Sequence record: PZ476263.1
DNA length: 64,000 nucleotides
Direction: 5' to 3' (one strand)
Origin: a phage
In this document: one piece after another, positions 9,631 through 18,235 of the stretch
Numbering within the stretch: the stretch's first letter is position 1
Layout: each line of letters begins with the position of its first letter
The notes under the pieces: model-generated
The model's input: only the letters and a program-made list of their open reading frames with translations
Databases searched by the model: none
What the model was told of the DNA's origin: nothing
Program-made: the position numbers and the translations under genes

Positions 9631-10145
9631 AACCTCTCTCTTAATTTATCTCTGATATTATTAAGTCCTTCATTAAGCTTGGGCAATTCTGTCACAATAC
9701 CAGGGAAGAGTACATCAAAGAAATTCACTTCTTCCAATGTCGGACGACTCATGTCTTCAAAGAAGTCTTCTACCCTAATAAAATCTGTCCAAACTTTTGC
9801 TCTTCGTACTGCCAAGTGAACAGGTGTTCCATCAGAGAAGATCATCCAAGATATGCGAACATCATCAGTCTTAGGCTTAGGCAGTGTCGATATACAGAAC
9901 CGAGGCTTGTCTCTTAGGTTTGTCGAGGTCTGGCCCCAAAAACTCCCACGACCATACTGAAATTTGAACTTTACCTTCCCCACTTTCTGGGTGGTCTTCA
10001 TATCCCTGCGGAAGTCATGACCTTCTGTATATACAAGGTTCCGAATGTATTGATGTCGGCTACGGATGTGGCTCCATTGGGACCACTCCATAGATAGACG
10101 ATTCATTATACCCCTGAAATTTCTGAAATCAATCTCCGTTATCAT
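9621..10145 (-). CDS. hypothetical protein, FFEDP...FP family member
   Basis: Motif VEDFFEDMSRPTLEEVNFFDVLFPGI. Confidence 0.5.
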   Translation of the reverse strand: MITEIDFRNFRGIMNRLSMEWSQWSHIRSRHQYIRNLVYTEGHDFRRDMKTTQKVGKVKFKFQYGRGSFWGQTSTNLRDKPRFCISTLPKPKTDDVRISWMIFSDGTPVHLAVRRAKVWTDFIRVEDFFEDMSRPTLEEVNFFDVLFPGIVTELPKLNEGLNNIRDKLRERFCG

Positions 10146-10389
10146 CTTCTTCTTTATCCTCAGCTACTGTAGTCTTTGGTGGCTCTGCCCCAACAATTTC
10201 AAATTTGGCAACACCCAGTACAACAACATGCCCCAGTGAGGATACTCCTGTCCAAGCTGTGCCGTTCTTTTTAGTGCGGTCACCAGTGATATCACAGAAA
10301 TCATTCTTCATCTCTGTAGCTTCGTATACTTTACCCTTTTGAAATACGTCTGTAAAGTCTTTAATTACATTTACACATTTGATTTCCAC
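10129..10389 (-). CDS. hypothetical protein
   Basis: ORF track, 86 aa. Confidence 0.4.
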   Translation of the reverse strand: MEIKCVNVIKDFTDVFQKGKVYEATEMKNDFCDITGDRTKKNGTAWTGVSSLGHVVVLGVAKFEIVGAEPPKTTVAEDKEEDDNGD

Positions 10390-10398
10390 AATCTCTCC

Positions 10399-10683
10399 TC
10401 ACCCTATTGAAAAGTTAACTACCAGTTCTCGCCTTTGTATATGAGATTTCTCGATAGCAATGTTTTTATAAAAATCTAAAACTTCGTGTAATCTTATAGC
10501 TCTCATCTTCAACTCATCGCTGAATAAGCCTCTATCCTTAGTTAACCAAGCAATTTCGTTAGCCTCTTCTTCAAGAGACGAGTCCTCAAAAATACCTTTT
10601 ATACTCAGGCGATCAATTGTTGAACAAATTGCTTCAAATTCGTACCAGTTCATATCTTCAATTTCCAATTTAGCAATCCTCAT
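10399..10683 (-). CDS. hypothetical protein
   Basis: ORF track, 94 aa. Confidence 0.45.
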   Translation of the reverse strand: MRIAKLEIEDMNWYEFEAICSTIDRLSIKGIFEDSSLEEEANEIAWLTKDRGLFSDELKMRAIRLHEVLDFYKNIAIEKSHIQRRELVVNFSIG

Positions 10684-10804
10684 CTTTATTTGAACGTTTT
10701 AATCGAATTTAAGGCCCCTAGAAGCCACGTAGGATTAAATTTAAAGAGAGGATGATAAATCACCTTACCTATCTTTAAACTTCGTCAGAGGCTTTCTGAG
10801 AGCG

Positions 10805-11068
10805 TTATAGACCGAGAGCTTCCATTTCGTACTTTAAACCTTGCAGCGTACCATTAAAAATAACAGGTTTGCCCTCGACAGGTTGATTGATAAAAACCTG
10901 ATTAGTGACTTCATCAATGTAAGTTAATTCTTCTTTTATCAACGGCTCTTCAAAGACTTGCTTGTTGATCCCTGGAAGAACCATAAGGACAGCCATTGTC
11001 GCATCAGATCCAAATCCACATTCAACTGCTTTATCTTCTTCTCGGTTGTAAATCCAAATAGTTACCAT
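10805..11068 (-). CDS. hypothetical protein
   Basis: ORF track, 87 aa. Confidence 0.45.
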   Translation of the reverse strand: MVTIWIYNREEDKAVECGFGSDATMAVLMVLPGINKQVFEEPLIKEELTYIDEVTNQVFINQPVEGKPVIFNGTLQGLKYEMEALGL

Positions 11069-11358
11069 TCGATATCTCCTGCGATATTTTTAATTTTCTG
11101 AATTGCAGCCTCGCGATGTTGATTAGATAAAGAAAAATCTCGAATCACCATGTTGCCACTCAATTTTGTTTTACAGACATTAACAAAATTCTGTGCACAA
11201 TTCAAGGCTTCTTTTGCTTCTTCTGGATAAGCGATCTCGAACAATCTCCATTCATGCTCTAATTTTTCTTCGGATGTTTCTAGACATTCAAAGAAGTCTT
11301 CACGCAGTTTCTTTGGGAGGTAGTAAACTGCAAAACCTACGTAACGAAGGCTACTCAT
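11062..11358 (-). CDS. hypothetical protein, FFEDP...FP family member
   Basis: Motif REDFFECLETSEEKLEHEWRLFEIAYPEEA; start moved to internal Met (MSSLRYV) that forms an ATGA overlap with the upstream small ORF. Confidence 0.45.
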   Translation of the reverse strand: MSSLRYVGFAVYYLPKKLREDFFECLETSEEKLEHEWRLFEIAYPEEAKEALNCAQNFVNVCKTKLSGNMVIRDFSLSNQHREAAIQKIKNIAGDIEW

Positions 11359-11510
11359 CGGATATACCTTACAGCAGCAATCCCCAGCAATGCACCAGCA
11401 ATACACGATACAAATAGACTATCCATGACTGTAATGCCTGATAGGCCACATACTGTTGCGATAATAACAGAACCTGCATTAATGAACGCTACACGTTTTA
11501 CGGTTTTCAT
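11355..11510 (-). CDS. hypothetical small membrane protein (51 aa)
   Basis: Hand-translated MKTVKRVAFINAGSVIIATVCGLSGITVMDSLFVSCIAGALLGIAAVRYIR; hydrophobic; ATGA overlaps on both sides. Confidence 0.35.
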   Translation of the reverse strand: MKTVKRVAFINAGSVIIATVCGLSGITVMDSLFVSCIAGALLGIAAVRYIR

Positions 11511-11857
11511 TTTATTTCCTCATTAGTTTTGTAAAATTCTTTTTCTGCTTGCAATTCCATCCATGCAGACTTCCAAGCGCTCTTTATTCTCTTTGCAACT
11601 TCTGGGAATGATACATCCAAAAGCATAAACTCGTCAAGAGAAATTTTCAAAGGGTCTTCAAAGAAGTCTAAAATTTCTTTATCGACAGCGACCGCAAATG
11701 TAATACCTTTGTACCCTAAGTTAGTGGTCTTGTATGAATTATTAAACGCACCGCCGTATTTTGTTTCCAGCATATCAAGAATACTTTGCTTAGATGTTGT
11801 TACTGTACCGTTCAACATAGAAGGCGAAGCCTGTATACTATTGTTATAAAGTGTCAT
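11507..11857 (-). CDS. hypothetical protein, FFEDP...FP family member
   Basis: Motif ILDFFEDPLKISLDEFMLLDVSFPEVA. Confidence 0.5.
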   Translation of the reverse strand: MTLYNNSIQASPSMLNGTVTTSKQSILDMLETKYGGAFNNSYKTTNLGYKGITFAVAVDKEILDFFEDPLKISLDEFMLLDVSFPEVAKRIKSAWKSAWMELQAEKEFYKTNEEIK

Positions 11858-12300
11858 TTTCCATACATCTCCAAAAGTTTATGTTCCGCTTCATCTAAGA
11901 AGTATCCCATCTTCTCTATATGTACGCAAATTTCTGGGTACAGAGTCTTGAACATCTCATACTCGGAATCTTCAATTTCATTTGGATCCAAAAAGATATC
12001 TTCTAGTGCCACACGAACAGTCTTTCGAACCTCAGAGAAGTAATCGATATAGATCAGACGATTTTGCTTTTCCATGCAACTACGCCATTGCAGAGCGCAA
12101 GTGGAGAAAGCTGCATGAATACGTATATCATTACTTGTTTTTGGTCGTAAGAAAGATGCCTTCATTCCCGACTCAGGACTAGGCTCCTCTATCGTTAATG
12201 CTCCGTTTCCATTACCAAAAGCTTTCTTTCTCAGGTTGTGATTCATTGCTTTCTCAATGGACCAATCACGGATCAGACGTTCTAAAGTTTGTTTACTCAA
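11854..12300 (-). CDS. hypothetical protein, FFEDP...FP family member
   Basis: Motif DIFLDPNEIEDSEYEMFKTLYPEI. Confidence 0.5.
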   Translation of the reverse strand: MSKQTLERLIRDWSIEKAMNHNLRKKAFGNGNGALTIEEPSPESGMKASFLRPKTSNDIRIHAAFSTCALQWRSCMEKQNRLIYIDYFSEVRKTVRVALEDIFLDPNEIEDSEYEMFKTLYPEICVHIEKMGYFLDEAEHKLLEMYGK

Positions 12301-12842
12301 AATGGAATCTCCTCAATAATTTTCATAACAATCGTACCGTTTAATCTAGCCTTCTCCAATGCTCGGAAAGTAGGGAAGAAATCTTTATTCATATCCACAA
12401 GGATAAAATCATCACCGTAAACCATTTCAAAGAAGTCGAGTTCTTGATCTGTTGGGTGAGTTGCATTCTCAAACATTTCATCGATAACCAGTGTTGGCTC
12501 ATTTACCCGAAGAAGCTTTGAGCTAGTTTCTGAAATTTCCAGTATTGTAAGCTGCTCCGAGAAAACTGTCAAGTATTTTAAATCACCTGTTTTCTGATCT
12601 AAGTGAACCTGCATATAGTTCCTGTTTCTGCCCCAAGCCGAGATCTGAGGAAGCAACTCAAAAGATGCACGATTGCCGATCTCTTTACCTTGCTTAACCT
12701 TCTCTTCAATAAATTGGAAGAGTGGTTGGTGCTTAAGCCAATGATTCCAACCTATCCAACGTGCACCGCGACCATAATTATCCAGAATTGCCTTTTGAAT
12801 GTTACGATTACTCATAAAACCCCCAATAAAAAAGCCAGCCAC
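12297..12842 (-). CDS. hypothetical protein, FFEDP...FP family member
   Basis: Motif FENATHPTDQELDFFEMVYGDDF. Confidence 0.5.
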   Translation of the reverse strand: MAGFFIGGFMSNRNIQKAILDNYGRGARWIGWNHWLKHQPLFQFIEEKVKQGKEIGNRASFELLPQISAWGRNRNYMQVHLDQKTGDLKYLTVFSEQLTILEISETSSKLLRVNEPTLVIDEMFENATHPTDQELDFFEMVYGDDFILVDMNKDFFPTFRALEKARLNGTIVMKIIEEIPF

Positions 12843-12862
12843 CTTTCAGTGACTGGCTAGAA

Positions 12863-13339
12863 TCAGCTACTAATCACCACGAATAGGGTAATTATAGCGT
12901 ATACAATTGCGATTGCAAGAAAAACTTTACTAATTGGGTCATCGGTTAATCTCTTGATCCTCCCAAAGAATGTTGCTTTGGCTTTGTGCTCCCTCTCCAT
13001 CTTGTGAATCAAGACGATAAGGGAGTTTATATGAAGTTCGTCAGCACCTTGTGCGAAGGGTGTGTACTTGAATGTACCTTCTGAGTTCGCCATAAAGCTG
13101 CTGTGATACTTTTTGCCATCATAACTTTCGATGATAAGACCATCCTTAATCACCCGATAACTGACAGAACGGAATTTATCATAAAAAACATATGACCTAA
13201 AACCTTCAGAGTCGGGAGAACTTTTTCTGACATAGCCGTCGAAAAATTCCAATCTCTTTCCAGAATTAAGTTCCATGTTGTCAGCTAACATAGGGAGTTG
13301 ATTTACGTATGTGTAGAACATATGGATCACCCCTTCCAC
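12863..13339 (-). CDS. hypothetical protein with C-terminal transmembrane anchor
   Basis: 158 aa; C-terminal hydrophobic VFLAIAIVYAIITLFVVISS. Confidence 0.45.
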   Translation of the reverse strand: MEGVIHMFYTYVNQLPMLADNMELNSGKRLEFFDGYVRKSSPDSEGFRSYVFYDKFRSVSYRVIKDGLIIESYDGKKYHSSFMANSEGTFKYTPFAQGADELHINSLIVLIHKMEREHKAKATFFGRIKRLTDDPISKVFLAIAIVYAIITLFVVISS

Positions 13340-13517
13340 TAAGCTGGGGTCATTTTATCATATTATGAAAAAATACAACAGAGAAGATCACTATGTTTTA
13401 TCATATTGTGAATTTTTACAACATTCGTGTTAAAGTGGTATTAATTAAAATAAATAGATTTTAATACATAGAAAATACCTATGAACCAGATCTGATCCAT
13501 AGGCATTACATTTTTAT

Positions 13518-14102
13518 TCATTTTCGAAGAGAAGCTTTCTCTAAAACTAAGGATGTTCGAGGTTCAGCCAATCCTGTGCCATAAACATACCAATCACCGC
13601 TCAAATTTTGCCTTGCACCATAGGAACCGAGTTCAACTCCTCTGTATTTAACATCGTAACCGCCGTTTTCAGATACGATGACCATGTTATCAAAATCTAA
13701 ACCTAAGTGATTCAGGAGTTGAGTCATTTCTCTTGCCATATCTAAGCTCTCCATATTTCCTGACTTCTTATCCTTTGTGGGCTGGTAAAGCTCAAGTTTC
13801 AAAAATACATTTTGATGAATATCGTCAAGCTCGGCCTCGTCACGATAGCAAGGTGTCAGTGCCTGTAATTTTCCAGCAGGTAGGATTCCATCTTTTTCAA
13901 GCTGTAAAAAAGATTGCTCGGCGGAAGCAACAGCGCTTTTGCCGTTTGGCTGTTTAATTCTACCATCTTTAACGTCATCAGGGCAAGTTTTGGACATCAC
14001 ATCTTCATCAACATAACCTGGGACAGTTGTTTTTTCAAACCCTCTCTGCTCCCAAAAGTAAGAGGCTTCAAAAATAACCGCTAAACTAATTGGACTGTTC
14101 AT
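13518..14102 (-). CDS. seryl-tRNA-synthetase-like class II catalytic core fragment (truncated)
   Basis: TPCYRDEAELDD...FLKLELY matches class II motif 2 (SerRS TPCFRSEAGS...), and YGTGLAEPRTSLVL matches motif 3 (SerRS GSGLAVGRTLVA); only 194 aa, no tRNA-binding arm. Recalled motifs, not searched. Confidence 0.5.
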   Translation of the reverse strand: MNSPISLAVIFEASYFWEQRGFEKTTVPGYVDEDVMSKTCPDDVKDGRIKQPNGKSAVASAEQSFLQLEKDGILPAGKLQALTPCYRDEAELDDIHQNVFLKLELYQPTKDKKSGNMESLDMAREMTQLLNHLGLDFDNMVIVSENGGYDVKYRGVELGSYGARQNLSGDWYVYGTGLAEPRTSLVLEKASLRK

Positions 14103-14111
14103 GTTATCTCC

Positions 14112-14618
14112 TTAGCGTTTACCGTTTTCAAATGCACGTTTGGTTATAGATGACATTTTGATCAGATCGTCTAATGTCACACCCTCATGGCTACTTTTTA
14201 GATAGCCTTCAATTGCACCGATCAAATCAGAAAGCTCTACCAGCTCCATGATCTTGCATCCTTGACTTTTGGCATCCAGTAATTCTTGAACCTCTTCAAG
14301 AATTTTTTCTGCTGTACCATATTGATGCTTTTCAATTTTAGCAAGATGATAACCGACAGATTTAGGATTTCGAGTGCTCGCTTCGAAGTTTCCACCAGCA
14401 ACATACCAATTCTTGTTGATAGTTACTATAAAAACTCCAATATCTTTTACATTGATACAGCTATAATCTTCACATGCCGACTTTGTTGTTTCAAATGGAT
14501 AATTGTCATCAACGCCTTTTTCTGCGACGAGATTCAACTTCAATCCGTGCATATCGAGCACACCGTTACGTCGTGCAACTTCCAGCAGATCTCGGTATTT
14601 GATTTGTTTATTTTTCAT
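14112..14618 (-). CDS. hypothetical protein
   Basis: ORF track, 168 aa. Confidence 0.45.
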   Translation of the reverse strand: MKNKQIKYRDLLEVARRNGVLDMHGLKLNLVAEKGVDDNYPFETTKSACEDYSCINVKDIGVFIVTINKNWYVAGGNFEASTRNPKSVGYHLAKIEKHQYGTAEKILEEVQELLDAKSQGCKIMELVELSDLIGAIEGYLKSSHEGVTLDDLIKMSSITKRAFENGKR

Positions 14619-14644
14619 TTTATCCTCTTTTTTTTTTGTTTAGA

Positions 14645-15130
14645 CTATGAAGCAGGCATACACCCCAACATTCTCCAACAATAATACCTTGTATTTTTAT
14701 CATGGTCAATATGATTTACGGGTCCTATCCTATTGCAACCGCAACATTTTTTCTCCTCTCTTAGATAATCTATGCTACAAGAGTGTGGGTGGTCGAAAGC
14801 ATCTCTCATCTCGAAACATAATTCAAGAAGCCACTTGAACCTCTTGGGGTAAGCAACTGAAAGCAATTCAAGTTCTTGAAAAGTAGGATTAACTGGGTCT
14901 TCAAAAAAGTCAAGCATGTCTTCATAAAGTATAACATTCTTAACTTTACCATTCTCAATTTCATAGGAGAAATCTTCTGTTAACCTTACCGTAACCTCTT
15001 TTACAAATAATTTATCTTCCTCATTTCTTCCCAGGTGGTCTTCGATCCATTTTATAACGAAGAATCTGCTTCTTTGAACATCCATGTTCAAAATTTCAAG
15101 CATATCTTCAATGCTTAAAGGTCTTTCCAT
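14645..15130 (-). CDS. hypothetical protein, FFEDP...FP family member with Cys/His-rich C-terminus
   Basis: Motif MLDFFEDPVNPTFQELELLSVAYP plus C-terminal CCGCNRIGPVNHIDHDKNTRYYCW. Confidence 0.5.
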   Translation of the reverse strand: MERPLSIEDMLEILNMDVQRSRFFVIKWIEDHLGRNEEDKLFVKEVTVRLTEDFSYEIENGKVKNVILYEDMLDFFEDPVNPTFQELELLSVAYPKRFKWLLELCFEMRDAFDHPHSCSIDYLREEKKCCGCNRIGPVNHIDHDKNTRYYCWRMLGCMPAS

Positions 15131-16242
15131 ACCTGATCCTGTGCCTTTATAATCAAAGCCTCCGCAATTTTCAAATCACTTCGTTTAGGCAACTTTGTAG
15201 TCTTGTACAATTCACCACGGATCTCATTATCTTTCTTTTCTGCCCATTCAACAATCTCTTCGTAAGTTTTTGCACCGTTACGAATAGATAGTAGCTCTTC
15301 TGCATCTGGTCGCTTAACAATCACGTTACCAGTTCGAAGAATTTCTTCACCCATACGAAGAAGTCGTACAAGATGCATTGCATGTTTTGTGTCAAAACCG
15401 TACTTAACTTCAAGCTCGTGACGTTTTGCATTCCGGTTCTCTACCCATGTCCAATAATTACGATGTTTCTCTTTAGCTAAGTTGTGTTCTTGACGAAGAT
15501 ACTTAACGATAAACAGCGGACAGGTTGTTTTAACATCATCTCCGATTTTGTCGTATTCGAGAGCACGGATTGAACCATCCGGATTAAACATTGATGCACT
15601 TTCGAAATATGTCGACACAACACCATAAATATCTCCACCATAAGGGACCAACGTACAAAAATCATTCATGTTTCGTAATTTACGCGTGAAGACTTCATGG
15701 CTCATAACAGGATCGGATTGTAAATAACTTTGTACCAGTCGCATATAATCAAACTGGGTGGGCATTTCTTTCGGTTGCGGGTTGTTAATATGCTTATTGT
15801 GACCCTTGATCCGTTTTAACTGAGCCATAGCATAACCGCTGAAACGAAAAGCAACATTACTGTTCAACAGTTTGTGGAGATTCTCTTTAATGCCAAACCA
15901 AGCCTCATGCTCGTACAAAGTGGATTCTTTGTCTGTGAATCCTAATTCAATGATGTTTGGATTCATTTCTTTAAAAAGCGTCATGAATGTACCAAGTTCA
16001 TAAACCTTACCATCCTCTTCACCCTCAATGTTTAATTCGGTGACTGTTTTGAAAGGTGTACGAACAATATTTTCTTTTGCCACGAAGATCCCACGGATGT
16101 CTACATCACTTCCTTCCATGTTAGTCCCATAAGCATGTGATCCCGATAATGTCAGAAGAAGAACCTTCGCCACGTCTGGATGTTTTTCCAGTTTCTCTAC
16201 GATGCTTTTTACCTTTCCAGCACTCACAACAGAATTTGCCAT
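15115..16242 (-). CDS. nucleotidyltransferase-fold protein (Pol-beta-like GS...DxD)
   Basis: N-terminal LSGSHAYGTNMEGSDVDIRGIF fits the G-S-x(9-13)-D-x-D minimal nucleotidyltransferase signature; 375 aa; substrate unknown. Confidence 0.5.
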   Translation of the reverse strand: MANSVVSAGKVKSIVEKLEKHPDVAKVLLLTLSGSHAYGTNMEGSDVDIRGIFVAKENIVRTPFKTVTELNIEGEEDGKVYELGTFMTLFKEMNPNIIELGFTDKESTLYEHEAWFGIKENLHKLLNSNVAFRFSGYAMAQLKRIKGHNKHINNPQPKEMPTQFDYMRLVQSYLQSDPVMSHEVFTRKLRNMNDFCTLVPYGGDIYGVVSTYFESASMFNPDGSIRALEYDKIGDDVKTTCPLFIVKYLRQEHNLAKEKHRNYWTWVENRNAKRHELEVKYGFDTKHAMHLVRLLRMGEEILRTGNVIVKRPDAEELLSIRNGAKTYEEIVEWAEKKDNEIRGELYKTTKLPKRSDLKIAEALIIKAQDQVWKDL

Positions 16243-16332
16243 TTATCCTCCAATCATTCTTATCACAGAGGCCAACCCAGTTGGCCTGTTTTATTTTTAT
16301 AAAGTATACGCAACTAGTGCAATCTTTTTTAC

Positions 16333-16722
16333 TTATAGGCATTGTACACCATAAAGAATCAACATAGCCACCATTGCGAGTACGTAAGTTAAGCTCAGAT
16401 AAATTTGATAACCTTTGATTGTTACTTCTTTTTCAAAAGATCGGTAGTTGCTATAAATAACACCCACCCAATGAACGGCTAAAATTGCATATCCCAGATC
16501 CGAACGTGCCCAATCTGCAAGTGAGTAACTACAATACATTGCCAGACCAGATAGAAACAGTCCAAAAATAATATTCATGGGACTTCGCTCTTTTACTTTC
16601 ACGACTTGATTTTCTAACTCTTTTGATTTTACTTTGTAATAACAACTCACTAAAACTTGGACAATTGCCCCGAGAATAAAGAAAGCAAGCAGAGCTACAT
16701 ATTGTGAAGTTGGTGCAGTCAT
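16333..16722 (-). CDS. hypothetical integral membrane protein
   Basis: 129 aa with several hydrophobic segments. Confidence 0.45.
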   Translation of the reverse strand: MTAPTSQYVALLAFFILGAIVQVLVSCYYKVKSKELENQVVKVKERSPMNIIFGLFLSGLAMYCSYSLADWARSDLGYAILAVHWVGVIYSNYRSFEKEVTIKGYQIYLSLTYVLAMVAMLILYGVQCL

Positions 16723-17108
16723 TAAATATCCCCTTCTAAAATATCGTTGATAAGATCTAAAATTTCAAGTTCTGAATTACCGTTGGACAAAATCATATTG
16801 AGTCTTTGCACAACTCCGTCTCTAAACATCACATGATTAATTTCCCCTTTACCTCTTAAACTACTCACCATCTGTTTGTATCGGATGTGTTCAGTATATT
16901 CTTCTTTAGACATCGTTGTCAATGCATTTCTGCTGTTTCTTAAAAATACTTTTCCAGTATCCCAATCAAACCCTTGCCGGACGTAATCAACCGTAACAGC
17001 TGAGTTAGCTCCTATGGTTACTGTCCCGCTCTCAACAGGGATAACCACTTCAAAGTCTTCATTCACCGTACCTAACAGATCTCTCAATTCTCTTACTTTC
17101 ATAGTCAC
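16722..17108 (-). CDS. hypothetical protein
   Basis: ORF track, 128 aa; stop/start overlap. Confidence 0.45.
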   Translation of the reverse strand: MTMKVRELRDLLGTVNEDFEVVIPVESGTVTIGANSAVTVDYVRQGFDWDTGKVFLRNSRNALTTMSKEEYTEHIRYKQMVSSLRGKGEINHVMFRDGVVQRLNMILSNGNSELEILDLINDILEGDI

Positions 17109-17542
17109 CCCTTCAATTTCATCTTTTTAAATTCATATACAAACCTTTTTTCTTGTGGTGTAAGTTCTTCATTTCCGATAACCTCACCCTCCTTGTTTAC
17201 ATAGGTGTTCCAAAGCTTCTCTGGCAAAACAAAAGCGATTGCGGTAAGAGCGCCGTTCAATGCATGTTGTTCCTCATGAAAATATGTAAAGGGGATTTCA
17301 TCGGCAATAGGTAAAATAAATTCATCAGTAAAATCATACATTGCCTTCTGATACCCACCATTCAATAAAATCATAGTTTCATCTTTAGTTACCCACTGCT
17401 TCATTAATTTAACTCGGCAGTCGTCAGGATCAACATTTGTTGAATAATTGTGTACCAGCCGACATGCTGCATGGGCTGCTTGGATACCTGCCTGAATACC
17501 AGAAATGTATTGGTTAACAATCACGTACATACGGCTCTTCAT
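17105..17542 (-). CDS. PTH2-like peptidyl-tRNA hydrolase (tentative)
   Basis: MYVIVNQYISGIQAGIQAAHAA resembles the PTH2 core (V-x-V-x-D/N-L-x-M-G-K-G-K-I-A-A-Q-C-S-H-A-A); recalled. Confidence 0.4.
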   Translation of the reverse strand: MKSRMYVIVNQYISGIQAGIQAAHAACRLVHNYSTNVDPDDCRVKLMKQWVTKDETMILLNGGYQKAMYDFTDEFILPIADEIPFTYFHEEQHALNGALTAIAFVLPEKLWNTYVNKEGEVIGNEELTPQEKRFVYEFKKMKLKG

Positions 17543-17553
17543 TTCACCTCCTC

Positions 17554-17898
17554 TTACTTAACACCAAAAAGTCGTTTAGAAAAACTGCCAGACTTAAACA
17601 AATAGTTGAACAAAACTATCAAAGAGTAAATAGTCCATACAAAAACATAAGTGAAAACTAAAAATCCCCAAGTGAAAGGCCAAAATAATGCATAACCTAC
17701 AGATTTAAACAGTAGAACATTATAATCGCTTTCCGTCAACTGGTCCTCTTTTAATTCTTTAAAGGCAACGATCGGTTCACCTGGTGGCATGATCAATTGG
17801 AAACCTTTTAGGCGTGCACGTACTAGAGCGATATAAAACACATTCAAAAATAATGCAATGGCAAAATAAGCCGTAACATACGTGGTGATATCATTCAT
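17554..17898 (-). CDS. hypothetical membrane protein
   Basis: 114 aa, two or three hydrophobic helices. Confidence 0.4.
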   Translation of the reverse strand: MNDITTYVTAYFAIALFLNVFYIALVRARLKGFQLIMPPGEPIVAFKELKEDQLTESDYNVLLFKSVGYALFWPFTWGFLVFTYVFVWTIYSLIVLFNYLFKSGSFSKRLFGVK

Positions 17899-17908
17899 AT
17901 TCTTTCCC

Positions 17909-18235
17909 TCAATTATCTTTCATGTTAAATATTTTTCTTGCTAATTTTTCATTACCGATAGTAATTTGCCATAACCGGATTAGAAGAGTTAGCGCACAAA
18001 CTATCAGGTAGAACAAAATCAAGAAGGCCCACCCGAAAGGCCAAAATACTGCCATCACTAGCCACCCAATCATCAAGGCATTCCAATTAATCCTCCCCCT
18101 ATTTAAAGGGTCCAATAGATTACCACCATTCTTTGCAGGTAAAGGTATATAAAACCCACATTGCCGTAATTTTATTAAAATGAACCACACACCTGCACTT
18201 ATAATAACCCCTAAAAAATAAACTAATATGCTCAT
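17909..18235 (-). CDS. hypothetical membrane protein
   Basis: 108 aa, hydrophobic; similar architecture to 17554..17898. Confidence 0.4.
   Translation of the reverse strand: MSILVYFLGVIISAGVWFILIKLRQCGFYIPLPAKNGGNLLDPLNRGRINWNALMIGWLVMAVFWPFGWAFLILFYLIVCALTLLIRLWQITIGNEKLARKIFNMKDN

Noticed and set aside
14286-14684. 132-aa plus-strand ORF
   Set aside because: Antisense to 14112..14618 within the minus-strand array; Phe/Ile-rich.
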